Assembly: GCA_000165345.1 (NCBI GenBank)
Contig: CM000434.1
Coordinates: 544,001-608,000 of the forward strand
Direction of reading: 5' to 3'
DNA length: 64,000 nucleotides
The translations under genes and the position numbers were made by a program. Position 1 is the stretch's first letter. Each line of letters starts with the position of its first letter. The notes beneath the pieces were generated by a model that was not told the origin of the DNA, did not search any database, and was given only the letters and a program-made list of their open reading frames with translations. Below are positions 41,701 to 50,029 of this stretch, piece by piece.

Positions 41701-43235
41701 ATAAAGTTGAGCAAACTCAAATTGAAAGAATTAATTCTTTCCAATTATTATTAAAGTTAATAAATGATTTAATGCCAAATATTGTCGAGGAATTAAATAC
41801 ATTAGAGACTATTTATTTGAAATACTATCAGAATAAGATAAATGAAATAACATCTGCATCAAAGTTACTTTTATTTAATTATTTGAAACTTAACTCCATG
41901 AAAACTACTCTAATTCATAATTATGGAAAGGCTAATTTATTTCAAAAGATTTTCAGATTTCCTAAGCTTTTACTATCCAAAGATGAAGTCCATAACATAG
42001 AAAGTTCTACATTCGCATTTGACAGTCCTGTAAATAATAACGCAACTTATGCAGCAGATTTAACTGATTACATTAAAAATAATCAGCTATCTTCAAATAA
42101 TCACACTATTTTGTTAGGAAAATATCTCAAAGCACTTTCAACATTAAAACATAGAATTGAGGATATTCCACAAATAAATGATAATAACTCATCATTATTA
42201 AATGAAAATCTAAAGTCAGAAATTGAATTTGAGAAATATAGAAACATCGAGGAGAAGTCATTATTGATTCTCGGCGAGTCAGATAAATATCTCAAGCTTG
42301 CAAATATCGAGCACTTTAGATTCTACACTATTCGGAATATAACGGGCAATATAACTGATGTAATTTCAAAACTTTCGGAGGAAATTAAATTAAAAGAAGA
42401 AAAACTAGAAAAAAGAGAAGAAGAAATTGCAAATACTAATTGTTACAGACGGTGGAAATGGAAAAAAAGGGTTAAGAGGCGAAAAATGAAAAAAATTAAA
42501 GATGAAAAAATAGATAAAATGATCAAAATTAATAAATCTAACGCTAATTTGAATAATTTGAAGTTAAAAAAGAAAGAAGCTAATGGAAAACTAAAGTTAT
42601 TTTTGACAAAGACAATAAACATTGAAAATTTTGATACAAGCTGCAATCCAGTAGAAGATCTTGAAAGTATATCATATGACGACAAAAGCGATTTAGAAAG
42701 CTTCCAATTTGATGATTTATACAAGTTTGATGAAAGGCCCGGAAGATACAATCCCAAAAATCAAGAAGAACAAGAGATTGAATATGATGATGATACTGGA
42801 GGTACAACTGAATATGGAAAGAAACCCAATTCGCTTATATCAAAGATAAGCACAGCTGTAGATATGGCTGTTACAATTAATAACTCAATTAGACAGTATA
42901 AGGAAATCAAAAATGAATTAGAACAAAGTGGAATCGAATTTGGACAAGAAAACTCGGGAGTAAATTTAATGGCAGGGTTTGACGTACTGAATGCATTGAC
43001 CGGAGGACCTACTGAGGATTTGAGTGCAATGTTAGGTTCTATTAACGAGCAAGATCAAGTTTTTAATGAGGCCGATATTTTGGGCGAATTACAAACAGGT
43101 GAGATGCCAAATGGCGTGGAAAAGGAAGTCAATAGTAGGCCTTTCGAAGGCTTGGATATTTCATACGATGATTTTAAACGAAAGGTTGAATTCGAGCTTA
43201 AAAACTCTGATTTGAATTTTGATTTTGACGATTAA
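38781..43235 (+). CDS. Large (1484 aa) secreted low-complexity/coiled-coil protein with a Lys/Glu-rich and acidic C-terminal region
   Basis: Signal-peptide-like N-terminus (FRVQFLVLLLFLNNLAC). Long Asn/Lys/Glu-rich helical regions. Basic cluster RRWKWKKRVKRRKMKK. Confidence 0.5.
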   Translation: MPERFKGIKINTIWAIFRVQFLVLLLFLNNLACENEILDESERNAALINSSSHTNPDSIQNEVANPMNEITLLSSSGEISSFNAFELNVQDQCNQLWTYRNKLVHEVSNIVKLHKQFVIFLNKIDPKKNTVHLEEIFKKSLDLSLASNRNEEINKKFKEYLGLAVDYRFISSDKDESTVKILISNRSPLKSSLKDLLILKNEYLKYISNFDICVKKKKKVIKSGSDSLNALINLSKLLNISENALYDENIGYLEQISSITNNLDSNLSFIKTLKKLQEVCDKGLAQDDQSNKKSKIKWLKKNSNKINKTMSSFEDIFKMNSKKVHNLLNCINHFQTSNSINDNTLAMVNTIGNQIVNHSINRRNVLSVISSRYTITTLNTYILNNRLFSLWLFVQKRLTTIQIAIKVMKESKELTNRMNSVFSMDEAIDLLTKCSETLRKTASDWNVFFSDKNTLIIKKLHKETLEQLNHYKFEGDRNTLAMYMEWIWLNNHIQSVIEQGYDAFEGIIKGTLKSPLTNCAKNLSSLYKNLKSEFSAKENFSEKTIKKINKEYRSVLNDVSGHLLKQIDSLFSLKHSFLWPHNNATLISAISMYNRTSEFVSSINLPQEQNSFEKPNYSYELLKQQQIITNGFSTLYENIKTRFNWDLSLFQTEFGYVKNINLGLDTEETINFSKLKVYQDSSEQFGEWFESTLEFLNLKENFSKAKNILEQAIQFRLQFIQQWSDIIAKIINKVGNPTALSISKISEEAYTYYLQYQVSKSKEFSNYFESDLSILKYVDVVDNSLSDLNRESFVSKFETTNAPNLDGSYHGDDEFPSVSSIKSYLTDLKNRVDHYCSYEQKRNKNDEDYLSIVRQICDKFSIIFSTINQNLKGVDSKLQRVYSDLESQKEDISKLDTIIQDCISLDNKVGRVKCWIPNQSIELPLRRALQIRKVMNNWLRETIKTKVLVFSNFIEDCLKLNFKGSLIFQNNESNKVEQTQIERINSFQLLLKLINDLMPNIVEELNTLETIYLKYYQNKINEITSASKLLLFNYLKLNSMKTTLIHNYGKANLFQKIFRFPKLLLSKDEVHNIESSTFAFDSPVNNNATYAADLTDYIKNNQLSSNNHTILLGKYLKALSTLKHRIEDIPQINDNNSSLLNENLKSEIEFEKYRNIEEKSLLILGESDKYLKLANIEHFRFYTIRNITGNITDVISKLSEEIKLKEEKLEKREEEIANTNCYRRWKWKKRVKRRKMKKIKDEKIDKMIKINKSNANLNNLKLKKKEANGKLKLFLTKTINIENFDTSCNPVEDLESISYDDKSDLESFQFDDLYKFDERPGRYNPKNQEEQEIEYDDDTGGTTEYGKKPNSLISKISTAVDMAVTINNSIRQYKEIKNELEQSGIEFGQENSGVNLMAGFDVLNALTGGPTEDLSAMLGSINEQDQVFNEADILGELQTGEMPNGVEKEVNSRPFEGLDISYDDFKRKVEFELKNSDLNFDFDD

Positions 43236-43331
43236 TCAAATTGATTTTTTTTATTAACAAAGCTAAATTACAAAAAAAAAAAAAAAAATATGCAAAAAAC
43301 TTCTAATTTAGAGAATTAAGTACTCATATAG

Positions 43332-43934
43332 TCAGTCAGTCATACCTGGTACTTTATTTATTGGTTTTCTACGTCTAACTTGTTTGCTTTTAGGTTTATT
43401 TGAGCTTTTCTCTGTTTCCTCGCTTCCTACACTTGTTAATGAAGCTTCAGTGTAGGATCTTTTTGATTTTTTATCTCCAACAACTTTCCAACCTCCTGAA
43501 TCATTCTTATCTATTTCAAATGATAAGCCTTGTATATGTTTTGTTGACGGAACAAATTGTTCACTCTTTTCAGGAATTTGTTTTTCCTCGTCCTCGCTTC
43601 CTTCAGTATCTAAAGGCGGAATAAATGGCTTTGATAGAGTTTTTTTTTGATTAGATTTGGAACTTTGCTGCACGATCTGTTGAGGTTCTTTATTATATTT
43701 CTGTTTATTATTCCCCTTCTTTTTATTTTGTTTCTTGACCTAATTAAATAATTCGAGTCAATTTGCTAGTTTAAATAAACACTTTAAACTCACCTTCTTC
43801 TTTGTTAACTCAGCATAGCAGATAAAAGGAAACACAATTGAGAGTGTAATCAAAGTAAAAGAAATAAAAATGGCAGTGGGGTTGCCTACTGAAAGATTTT
43901 CTCTAATTAATTTAATCAAATTTACGTCAAGCAT
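43332..43934 (-). CDS. Small signal-anchored Lys/Ser-rich protein (about 182 aa). Two exons: join(complement 43934..43794, 43739..43332).
   Basis: Upstream exon MLDVNLIKLIRENLSVGNPTAIFISFTLITLSIVFPFICYAELTKKK joins in frame through GTGAGT...TTAATTAG (54 nt) to the track ORF (V)KKQNKKKG.... The track ORF alone starts at a GTG. Confidence 0.4.
43740..43793 (-). other. Putative spliceosomal intron (54 nt)
   Basis: GTGAGTTTAAAG...AATTAG on the minus strand, phase 0. Confidence 0.4.
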
Positions 43935-43970
43935 TATTAATAAAATCTTAAATAAAAAAAAAAAAAAATC

Positions 43971-43978
43971 TTTCCGCC
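43971..43978. promoter_or_regulatory. E2F-like box TTTCCGCC in the divergent promoter, adjacent to an A15 tract
   Basis: GC octamer flanked by poly(dA). Confidence 0.35.
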
Positions 43979-44104
43979 AATAATTATTCAGGGGTGAAAT
44001 TTCAAAATCGGAAAAATCAATTTAATTGCGAACCAAATTGTAGGGAAGATTAATGTGATAAATTAAAAGCATTACTCAAACTAAGTTGCTAATACTAAAT
44101 TCCA

Positions 44105-45085
44105 ATGCAAGAGCTAGATTCATTGGAGAATACTAATATCGAAACAATTGAATACAGCGTTGACTTTCAAAACGAAGGGGTCTGCAAATTTTTATTTAAG
44201 CCAGATCACTATGCTCTTTTTTCCAAATTAAAGAGTCTTCTAGATAATGAGTGTTTCGATCTTGAAAATCTTGATATTTCAACACAAGTCATAGATTTGA
44301 ACCCACAACATTATACTGCGTGGTACTTCAGAAGAAAAATCATTCGCGAAAATTATGTTGAACATGAAAATAAAACGGAGTTCCTTAGAGAAGAATTAAG
44401 ATTCGTTAGAGGTATTTGTGAAAGAGCTCCAAAGTGTTATCAATCATGGTGGCATATGAGAGTTATTAGAGAATTACTTGGATTTGACATTGAAGAATTA
44501 AATTTCATAAGTAAGCAGCTGGAATTTGACGCAAAAAATATGTATGTGTGGAATCATAGGACTTGGTTTATTAGGAAATACAATTCTGTTGAAAATGATT
44601 TACTTATTAGTGAGTTGGATTTTATCTCAAAGTTGATTTCTGAGGATTGCAGAAACAATAGTGCCTGGTGTTACAGGCATTTTATTTTCACTAATTTAAA
44701 AAAAATGAATGCATTAAAAGAGTCTGATCTACTTGAGGAGGTAGATTACATAGTTAATTGGCTGATGTTTGCTCCACACAATGATTCAATATGGAACTAT
44801 ATAATTTCATTCTTTAGCAAAATAATGGTTAATGGAAATGTTAACAAAGAAACCTTAATTAAGAATTTGAGTCTTGAAAATGCGCCTAAGAGTTTTATAG
44901 ATGCAATTGATGAAATTTATACTAATCATTATGATAGTTGCCATCAGGTTGTGTATATTAAGGCTTGTATGGAATATGAAAAAGGTGATACTGATTTTGC
45001 TTTAAAAGCTTTCAAGCTTCTGCAATCAGTGGATCCAATAAGAAAATTCTACTGGAAATGGAGGGCAGATAATTTAAAAACTTGA
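44105..45085 (+). CDS. FNTA: Protein farnesyl/geranylgeranyl-transferase alpha subunit
   Basis: Repeated prenyltransferase-alpha (PPTA) motifs: QSWWHMRVI, YVWNHRTWFI, NSAWCYRHFIF. Confidence 0.85.
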   Translation: MQELDSLENTNIETIEYSVDFQNEGVCKFLFKPDHYALFSKLKSLLDNECFDLENLDISTQVIDLNPQHYTAWYFRRKIIRENYVEHENKTEFLREELRFVRGICERAPKCYQSWWHMRVIRELLGFDIEELNFISKQLEFDAKNMYVWNHRTWFIRKYNSVENDLLISELDFISKLISEDCRNNSAWCYRHFIFTNLKKMNALKESDLLEEVDYIVNWLMFAPHNDSIWNYIISFFSKIMVNGNVNKETLIKNLSLENAPKSFIDAIDEIYTNHYDSCHQVVYIKACMEYEKGDTDFALKAFKLLQSVDPIRKFYWKWRADNLKT

Positions 45086-45157
45086 AGTGCATGTGTATAT
45101 TTAATAAATATTAATTAAATTCCTGTAATTTATTCCAAAATGCACTAAAATTAATTT

Positions 45158-45899
45158 CTAAACAACGTTTTTATCAGAAAAGTACAGGGATTCTTCCAAA
45201 TTGTTTATTTCATCAAAGTTTACAGTATTCTCAACGGTCTATAGGAATAATTATAAATATTATAAGGTAATCTTTCTTTTTTCAAACTCACCTCCGTCTT
45301 TCCTTTCAATCTAGCAATAGAAAAAACTCTTAACATTTGAAGGCAAAATCTAGATGATGTTAGGATTTGTTCAAATATATCAGTGGCCTAGAATGTTATT
45401 AGTGAATTAACTAACGCGTTAATATTTATATTTAACTTACTATCTGGTTATTTCTTAAATCGGCAATTTTTTTTGTAGCAAAAAGTCTTCGAATATCACC
45501 ATTTAAGAATAATAATGAAAGGCAGGTCAATGCAACAACAAAGTCAAATACATTATTTACTTTGTTAAAAAATCTTTTTTTCATTAAGAATAGTTTAATT
45601 ATTACTTCAAATGTCAAGGTTAGTGTTATAATTGTTTCCAGGAAAATAGAAAATCTACTTCCTGATTGAGCCCTAAACAAGCCACTGAAAAGAACCAAGA
45701 TGTTTAATAAAAAAATTCCAAGGTAGAGATATTTTGAAAACTCAGAATAGTATAATCTTTTAACTATTGTAATAGCCCTTTCCTCACATGTTAAATTTGA
45801 AGCCCAAAATGAAAACCCTTGATCTCTGGAGCTTCCGTTAATTTCAAAGTTGTGAAAATCGGTACTAGTAAGTCCTCCAGGGTATCTATACATATCCAT
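45158..45899 (-). CDS. Four-helix voltage-sensor-domain (VSD) membrane protein, Hv1-like, with no pore domain. Three exons: join(complement 45899..45441, 45387..45292, 45238..45158), 211 aa.
   Basis: S2 LETIITLTLTFEVIIKLFLMKKRFF carries the E...FE..K charge-transfer pattern. S3 NKVNNVFDFVVALTCL carries N..D (compare Hv1 [28 protein letters not shown]). An S4-like SRFCLQMLRVFSIARLKGK is encoded by exon 2. The track ORF runs through the first intron (GTAAGT) to a false stop. Both introns are 53 nt with canonical ends. Confidence 0.6.
45239..45291 (-). other. Spliceosomal intron 2 (53 nt) of the VSD gene
   Basis: GTGAGTTTGAAAAAAG...TTCCTATAG, phase 0. Confidence 0.5.
45388..45440 (-). other. 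Spliceosomal intron 1 (53 nt) of the VSD gene
   Basis: GTAAGTTAAATAT...ACATTCTAG, phase 0. Confidence 0.55.
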
Positions 45900-45975
45900 T
45901 ATAATTTGGAACTATATTCATAATTCGAGGAAAAAAAAACACGATTGTAATTAATACATGAAATAATTGGTAAAC

Positions 45976-45990
45976 TTTATGGCGCCTTAA
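45976..45990. promoter_or_regulatory. E2F-like box TTTATGGCGCCTTAA in the divergent promoter between the VSD gene and the 46100 gene
   Basis: GGCGCC core in an AT-rich spacer. Confidence 0.4.
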
Positions 45991-46099
45991 TGATTAATTG
46001 AATTACGAATCATTATGAACTCTTATTAATGCAATTTATTCCATAAATGTATTCATTATTGATTTGTATAAAATTCAATTTTATTAGGTTTAAGTTATA

Positions 46100-46957
46100 A
46101 TGCAACAGATACAATCAAAACTCTCAATTATCTCAAAATCTATTAATAGTAAATCTCTAAATTCATTTGAATTTAACAATAATTATAATAGTCAGAACCC
46201 TAAATTCCAGATTGTTGAAGAACAAAAATCAGGCAATAACAGTGAATTAGAATTTTTGATTGACGCATCTAAATTTTACAGCCTAATTTGTCCTAGTTTA
46301 TCAAGCCGTTTAATTTGCAAAGTTGCAAATTTAACATCCGAAATCAGTCAGACAAAATCATATAGTGATTATTTTTCAGGAAAAATTTGTCCAAAATGTT
46401 TTTCAGTATATTTAATAGGAATTAATTGTAAATTAGAGGTCAAGCCTATTAAAGGGATTATTAGGAAAAGACTGAAAAAGAAACTACTCAAGCTTAGCAA
46501 AATTAGTGGCCAGAATTTCCAAAATTATTCTTTTAAGAATATATTAATTTCATGTAAACTTTGCAAATTTAGTTTTAAGAAACCTTATTGGGAGAAAAAG
46601 ATTAAAAATACGAATAGACATGAACCACTAAATGATGCTCAAAATAATAAAAACAAAGTCGAAGACATTCTTAACTACTCTAATTTTATCTTAAGCAATG
46701 CTGATACAAGCATTCAAGATCAATGCCGTCAAAATAGTAATAAAAGTGGTAATTCACAAAATGGAAATCCGAACACTAATAAAAATCACAGATTCTTTAA
46801 TAAGACTCAAAAGGCGGGCTCAATGCTTCAAGAAAAAAAAAATTCTTATGTTGACATTACTAATTTAACTGAGTTAAATAAGGATATAAAGAGCGAGCAA
46901 AGCAGCCAATCTACACAGGGCAATAGTTTTTATGATATTTTATCCATGCTTGAATGA
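46100..46957 (+). CDS. Zinc-ribbon protein with an Asn-rich C-terminal extension, possibly an RNase P Rpr2/Rpp21-like subunit
   Basis: Two CxxC pairs (CPKCFSVYLIGINC ... CKLCKF) with a Lys-rich linker, and an N-terminal helical region (EFLIDASKFYSLICPSLSSRLI), arranged as in Rpr2. Weak. Confidence 0.35.
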   Translation: MQQIQSKLSIISKSINSKSLNSFEFNNNYNSQNPKFQIVEEQKSGNNSELEFLIDASKFYSLICPSLSSRLICKVANLTSEISQTKSYSDYFSGKICPKCFSVYLIGINCKLEVKPIKGIIRKRLKKKLLKLSKISGQNFQNYSFKNILISCKLCKFSFKKPYWEKKIKNTNRHEPLNDAQNNKNKVEDILNYSNFILSNADTSIQDQCRQNSNKSGNSQNGNPNTNKNHRFFNKTQKAGSMLQEKKNSYVDITNLTELNKDIKSEQSSQSTQGNSFYDILSMLE

Positions 46958-46971
46958 CATGACCTTTTGAA

Positions 46972-48376
46972 ATGTGTTTTATTTCATTGAATTCGTATAT
47001 TAAAGATGTCCCAGTTATTTTCATTTTTGGTACAACAGGTAGATTAACTTATTACATTCAATAAGGCTTAAATAACTTTTTTAAATCTTTGTTATTTCTA
47101 TAATGTGTAGCTTCTGGCAAAACTCGTTTATCTATAGATATCTGGAAATATCTTGACAAAAAAGTATGTTTATTCAATTCATATAGAAAACCATATTTTC
47201 TTTTTAGGGATTTAAATCAGAAATAATAAATTGCGACTCAATGCAACTATACAAAGGCTTTGATATTGGAACTGCTAAAGTATCCAAAGAAATTCGTAAT
47301 AGAATCCCTCATCACCTATTAGATGTTTTTGATATTGATGAAGATTGTACAGCCTCCAAATATATCAGTATAGCAGTACCAATAGTAAGTTGTGATTTAA
47401 AAGTAAATTCAGTGCATTTATATCACATATAGATCGATAGATTGATCAGCGAAAATGTTACTCCAATTATTGTTGGTGGCACTCACATGTACCTTAAAGC
47501 GTTGATTTGGAAGTCTATTATTGACTCAGAAACATGTAGTAGCGTAAATCCTTCAATTAAAGATGAAGAATACTCAAACTTCACAAACGAGGAGTTGCTT
47601 GAACAGCTTTCGAAGATTGACCCTGAAAGAGCATTGTCATTAAATATAAATGACCGACGAAAAATAATCAGAGGGATAGAGGTAAATTTTTATAAATATT
47701 TATTAATCACAGTTAAGTAGATTCATAGATTTATAACACAAACGGGTTAACATTTACAGAGTTAAAGAAAATTCATCCATACAAAGTTAGATACAACAAT
47801 AGTGTATTATTTTGGGTAAGAAATAACAATATAAGAGAATGCATAGATATAAGAATAAATGAAATGATTAATGTAAGTTGCAATTCAGCGTCATATTTAA
47901 ATTTGAACATTCTTCCATAGGATGGATTATTAAAAGAGGTTTTTTTACTTAAGGAGAGGTTATTAACTTGTAATAAATATATTGGTTTATTACAAGGAAT
48001 AGCCTACAAAGAATTCATAGATATTCTCGACAAAAAAACAAAAATAGAAGACATTTCCGAAGAAGAACTCAATATATGTATTGAAAATTTGCGTATAAAG
48101 ACGTTTCAATACAGTAAGAGACAAGAGAAATTCATTAAAAAACATATAATTAATCGCGGATTAAATGTAAATATATTAGAATTTGATGGTGAAGTATCAG
48201 ATAGTCAGAAATTGGAACTACTTGAATTTAATTTTCAAAGTACTTCAATTATTTATAAATACTTGTCTAAATTATTTAATTTAAAGAATAACTCTGAAAG
48301 CAAACAAGTTTATTCATCTTGGGAAAAGTCAGTGTTAACTCGCGCATTCATGATTCTGGATAAAAAATTAAGTTAA
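46972..48376 (+). CDS. MOD5: tRNA dimethylallyl(isopentenyl)transferase (MiaA/Mod5/TRIT1). Six exons: join(46972..47038, 47111..47163, 47208..47384, 47433..47681, 47729..47872, 47921..48376), 381 aa.
   Basis: Spliced product: MCFISLNSYIKDVPVIFIFGTT|ASGKTRLSIDIWKYLDKK|GFKSEIINCDSMQLYKGFDIGTAK...|IDRLISENVTPIIVGGTHMY...RGIE|IYNTNGLTFTELKKIHPYKV...|DGLLKEV...QYSKRQEKFIKK. It carries the P-loop, DSMQxY, VGGT and C-terminal MiaA motifs in order. The track shows only three fragments. Confidence 0.8.
47039..47110 (+). other. Intron 1 (72 nt, GTAGAT..TGTAG) of the IPT gene
   Basis: Needed to join the GTT | ASGKT P-loop halves. Phase 1. Confidence 0.6.
47164..47207 (+). other. Intron 2 (44 nt, GTATGT..TTTAG)
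   Basis: Phase 0. Joins ...YLDKK to GFKSEIINCDSMQ. Confidence 0.65.
47385..47432 (+). other. Intron 3 (48 nt, GTAAGT..ATATAG)
   Basis: In-frame intron containing a TAG. Removal joins AVPI to IDRLISENVTPIIVGG. Confidence 0.7.
47682..47728 (+). other. Intron 4 (47 nt, GTAAAT..TTCATAG)
   Basis: Only this acceptor keeps the frame open into IYNTNGLTFTELKK. Confidence 0.65.
47873..47920 (+). other. Intron 5 (48 nt, GTAAGT..CCATAG)
   Basis: Joins ...RINEMIN to DGLLKEVFLL... Confidence 0.7.
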
Positions 48377-49500
48377 TATGGCGAAATACTCCTTGACAGA
48401 GAGCGTGAGGAGTCACTTTCTGGAGAAATTTCTCCATCACTAGGAGGATAGATTTTTGTATCCTCTTTAATATGTTTTTTGTGTTTTTCTGAACTTATTC
48501 TATTCAATTCAACTGTCGAATAAGGGTTAGATCTAGTGTTTATATGTTTGTTTCTCGGCCCAAAACTGTTATAGTCACTCTGCACAGTCGACTTATAATT
48601 ATTTCCGAGCTCTTCATATCTCGTTTGGTTATTTTCTCTTCTGGATGAATGATTACCATAATTATCACGGTAATCCATATGCTCCCTATTTCTCCTATCT
48701 CTATAATTGTTTGAATAGTAATAAGCACGGCCTTCACCGGAGTAGCTTTGTCTATGTGATTTATATCGGAAATCGCCTTTATGAGCTATATTTTCATGTC
48801 TGTAGTTGCTATCCCTATTGGGAGAATGCGCTTTGATCCATTCTTTTAAATCTTTTGCTTGCTTTCTAATTTTTAGGTAGCCAACATGAATTTTACCGTT
48901 AAAGTGATCATTTAACCTTTGGTCATTGTCAGTTTCTGAAAGAAATGCGGCACAAATTTCACATGGGTGAAGTTTTTGACGATACATTCCATTCTCAACA
49001 TCTTCCTTTGTAGCAGATATCTTCATTTTTTGTTGATTTAGTCTTGTTAAGTCTTCCATCCTCTTCAAAGAGCCATCTATATCGCCATTTGCACCTAAAT
49101 CATCAATCTCCTTCATAATTTCTTTAATCTCAAGATCTAATGCCCGTATATTTTCATCTTCAAGTTTTGAACTTCCTGAAAGCTCAGCACGAACACGGTT
49201 TCTTTCAATCTTTTTATTGCAATCATCTACCATTCCCTGAAATACTCTCAAACTATCTGTCTCATATTTAATTCGAGTATTTCCTTTCGATTCTCTTTCA
49301 CTTAAGTACTTTTCCCTTAAAACTTCCGAATGGATATTTTTACAAGGACCCATATACAGCTTTGTATTTTCAAATAATTCATGAGGACATAGTCCGCATA
49401 AGTAGAATTTACAGACATCATTATCATGAGGGTTTTTCTTCTCTATTGGAGCTTCAATCCCTCCCATCAAATCTTCAATCTGACGTCTGATTTCATCCAT
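48373..49500 (-). CDS. LUC7: LUC7-like U1 snRNP protein with an Arg/Asp/Glu/Tyr-rich C-terminal tail
   Basis: N-terminal MDEIRRQIEDLMG and zinc finger CKFYLCGLCPHELFENTKLYMGPCKNIHSE. Second finger HPCEICAAFLSETDNDQRLNDHFNGKIH. Its stop codon overlaps the IPT stop on the opposite strand. Confidence 0.85.
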   Translation of the reverse strand: MDEIRRQIEDLMGGIEAPIEKKNPHDNDVCKFYLCGLCPHELFENTKLYMGPCKNIHSEVLREKYLSERESKGNTRIKYETDSLRVFQGMVDDCNKKIERNRVRAELSGSSKLEDENIRALDLEIKEIMKEIDDLGANGDIDGSLKRMEDLTRLNQQKMKISATKEDVENGMYRQKLHPCEICAAFLSETDNDQRLNDHFNGKIHVGYLKIRKQAKDLKEWIKAHSPNRDSNYRHENIAHKGDFRYKSHRQSYSGEGRAYYYSNNYRDRRNREHMDYRDNYGNHSSRRENNQTRYEELGNNYKSTVQSDYNSFGPRNKHINTRSNPYSTVELNRISSEKHKKHIKEDTKIYPPSDGEISPESDSSRSLSRSISPY

Positions 49501-50029
49501 TATTATTGGAATATATTAATTCATATCAACATTTACATGTATATGCATTTATTTAAATGAAATTAGTACTAACATTTATTTATTTATTTCCAATTATTGA
49601 CTAATGCGCCTTTAAAAATTATTAAAGTAAAATAAAAATTAAAAAAAAATTCTTTGAATATAGAAAGATAAACCCAATTTTCAAAATAAACCTTAGATTT
49701 CAGGAAGAAAAATTGAGATTTGAATTGAGTTAATCTTGTATGAAAAAGTAAGCAGGAATAAATATCTTTGTGAGTACAAGCTACATCAAAAAAAAAAAAA
49801 AAAGAAGATGCAGTCCAGTTCACAAAATAAGGTCGGTAATAACAATTTTCAAGGAAAAATGAATTTCTTGAGTAGATAAAAATTATTATAACTTTTACAT
49901 TAATCAAAATAAAATAAGTGACAAATTTACCGCCTGCTTAAACGCCCCATACTAAAAAAGAAAGAAAATCAAATTCTTAATTTATTACTGTGGGTTTGAA
50001 AAAAATCATTCCTCTAATAGAAACCCATT

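Noticed and set aside
49584-49907. 107-aa Phe-rich ORF on the minus strand in the LUC7/FG-Nup spacer
   Set aside because: It is a translation of an AT-rich promoter region containing A16 and T runs. No domain and no intron signature.
49804-50029. A possible upstream micro-exon (ATGCAGTCCAGTTCACAAAATAAG...) for the FG-nucleoporin
   Set aside because: No donor/acceptor combination joins it in frame to the ATG at 50030. An in-frame TAG lies 12 nt upstream of that ATG.
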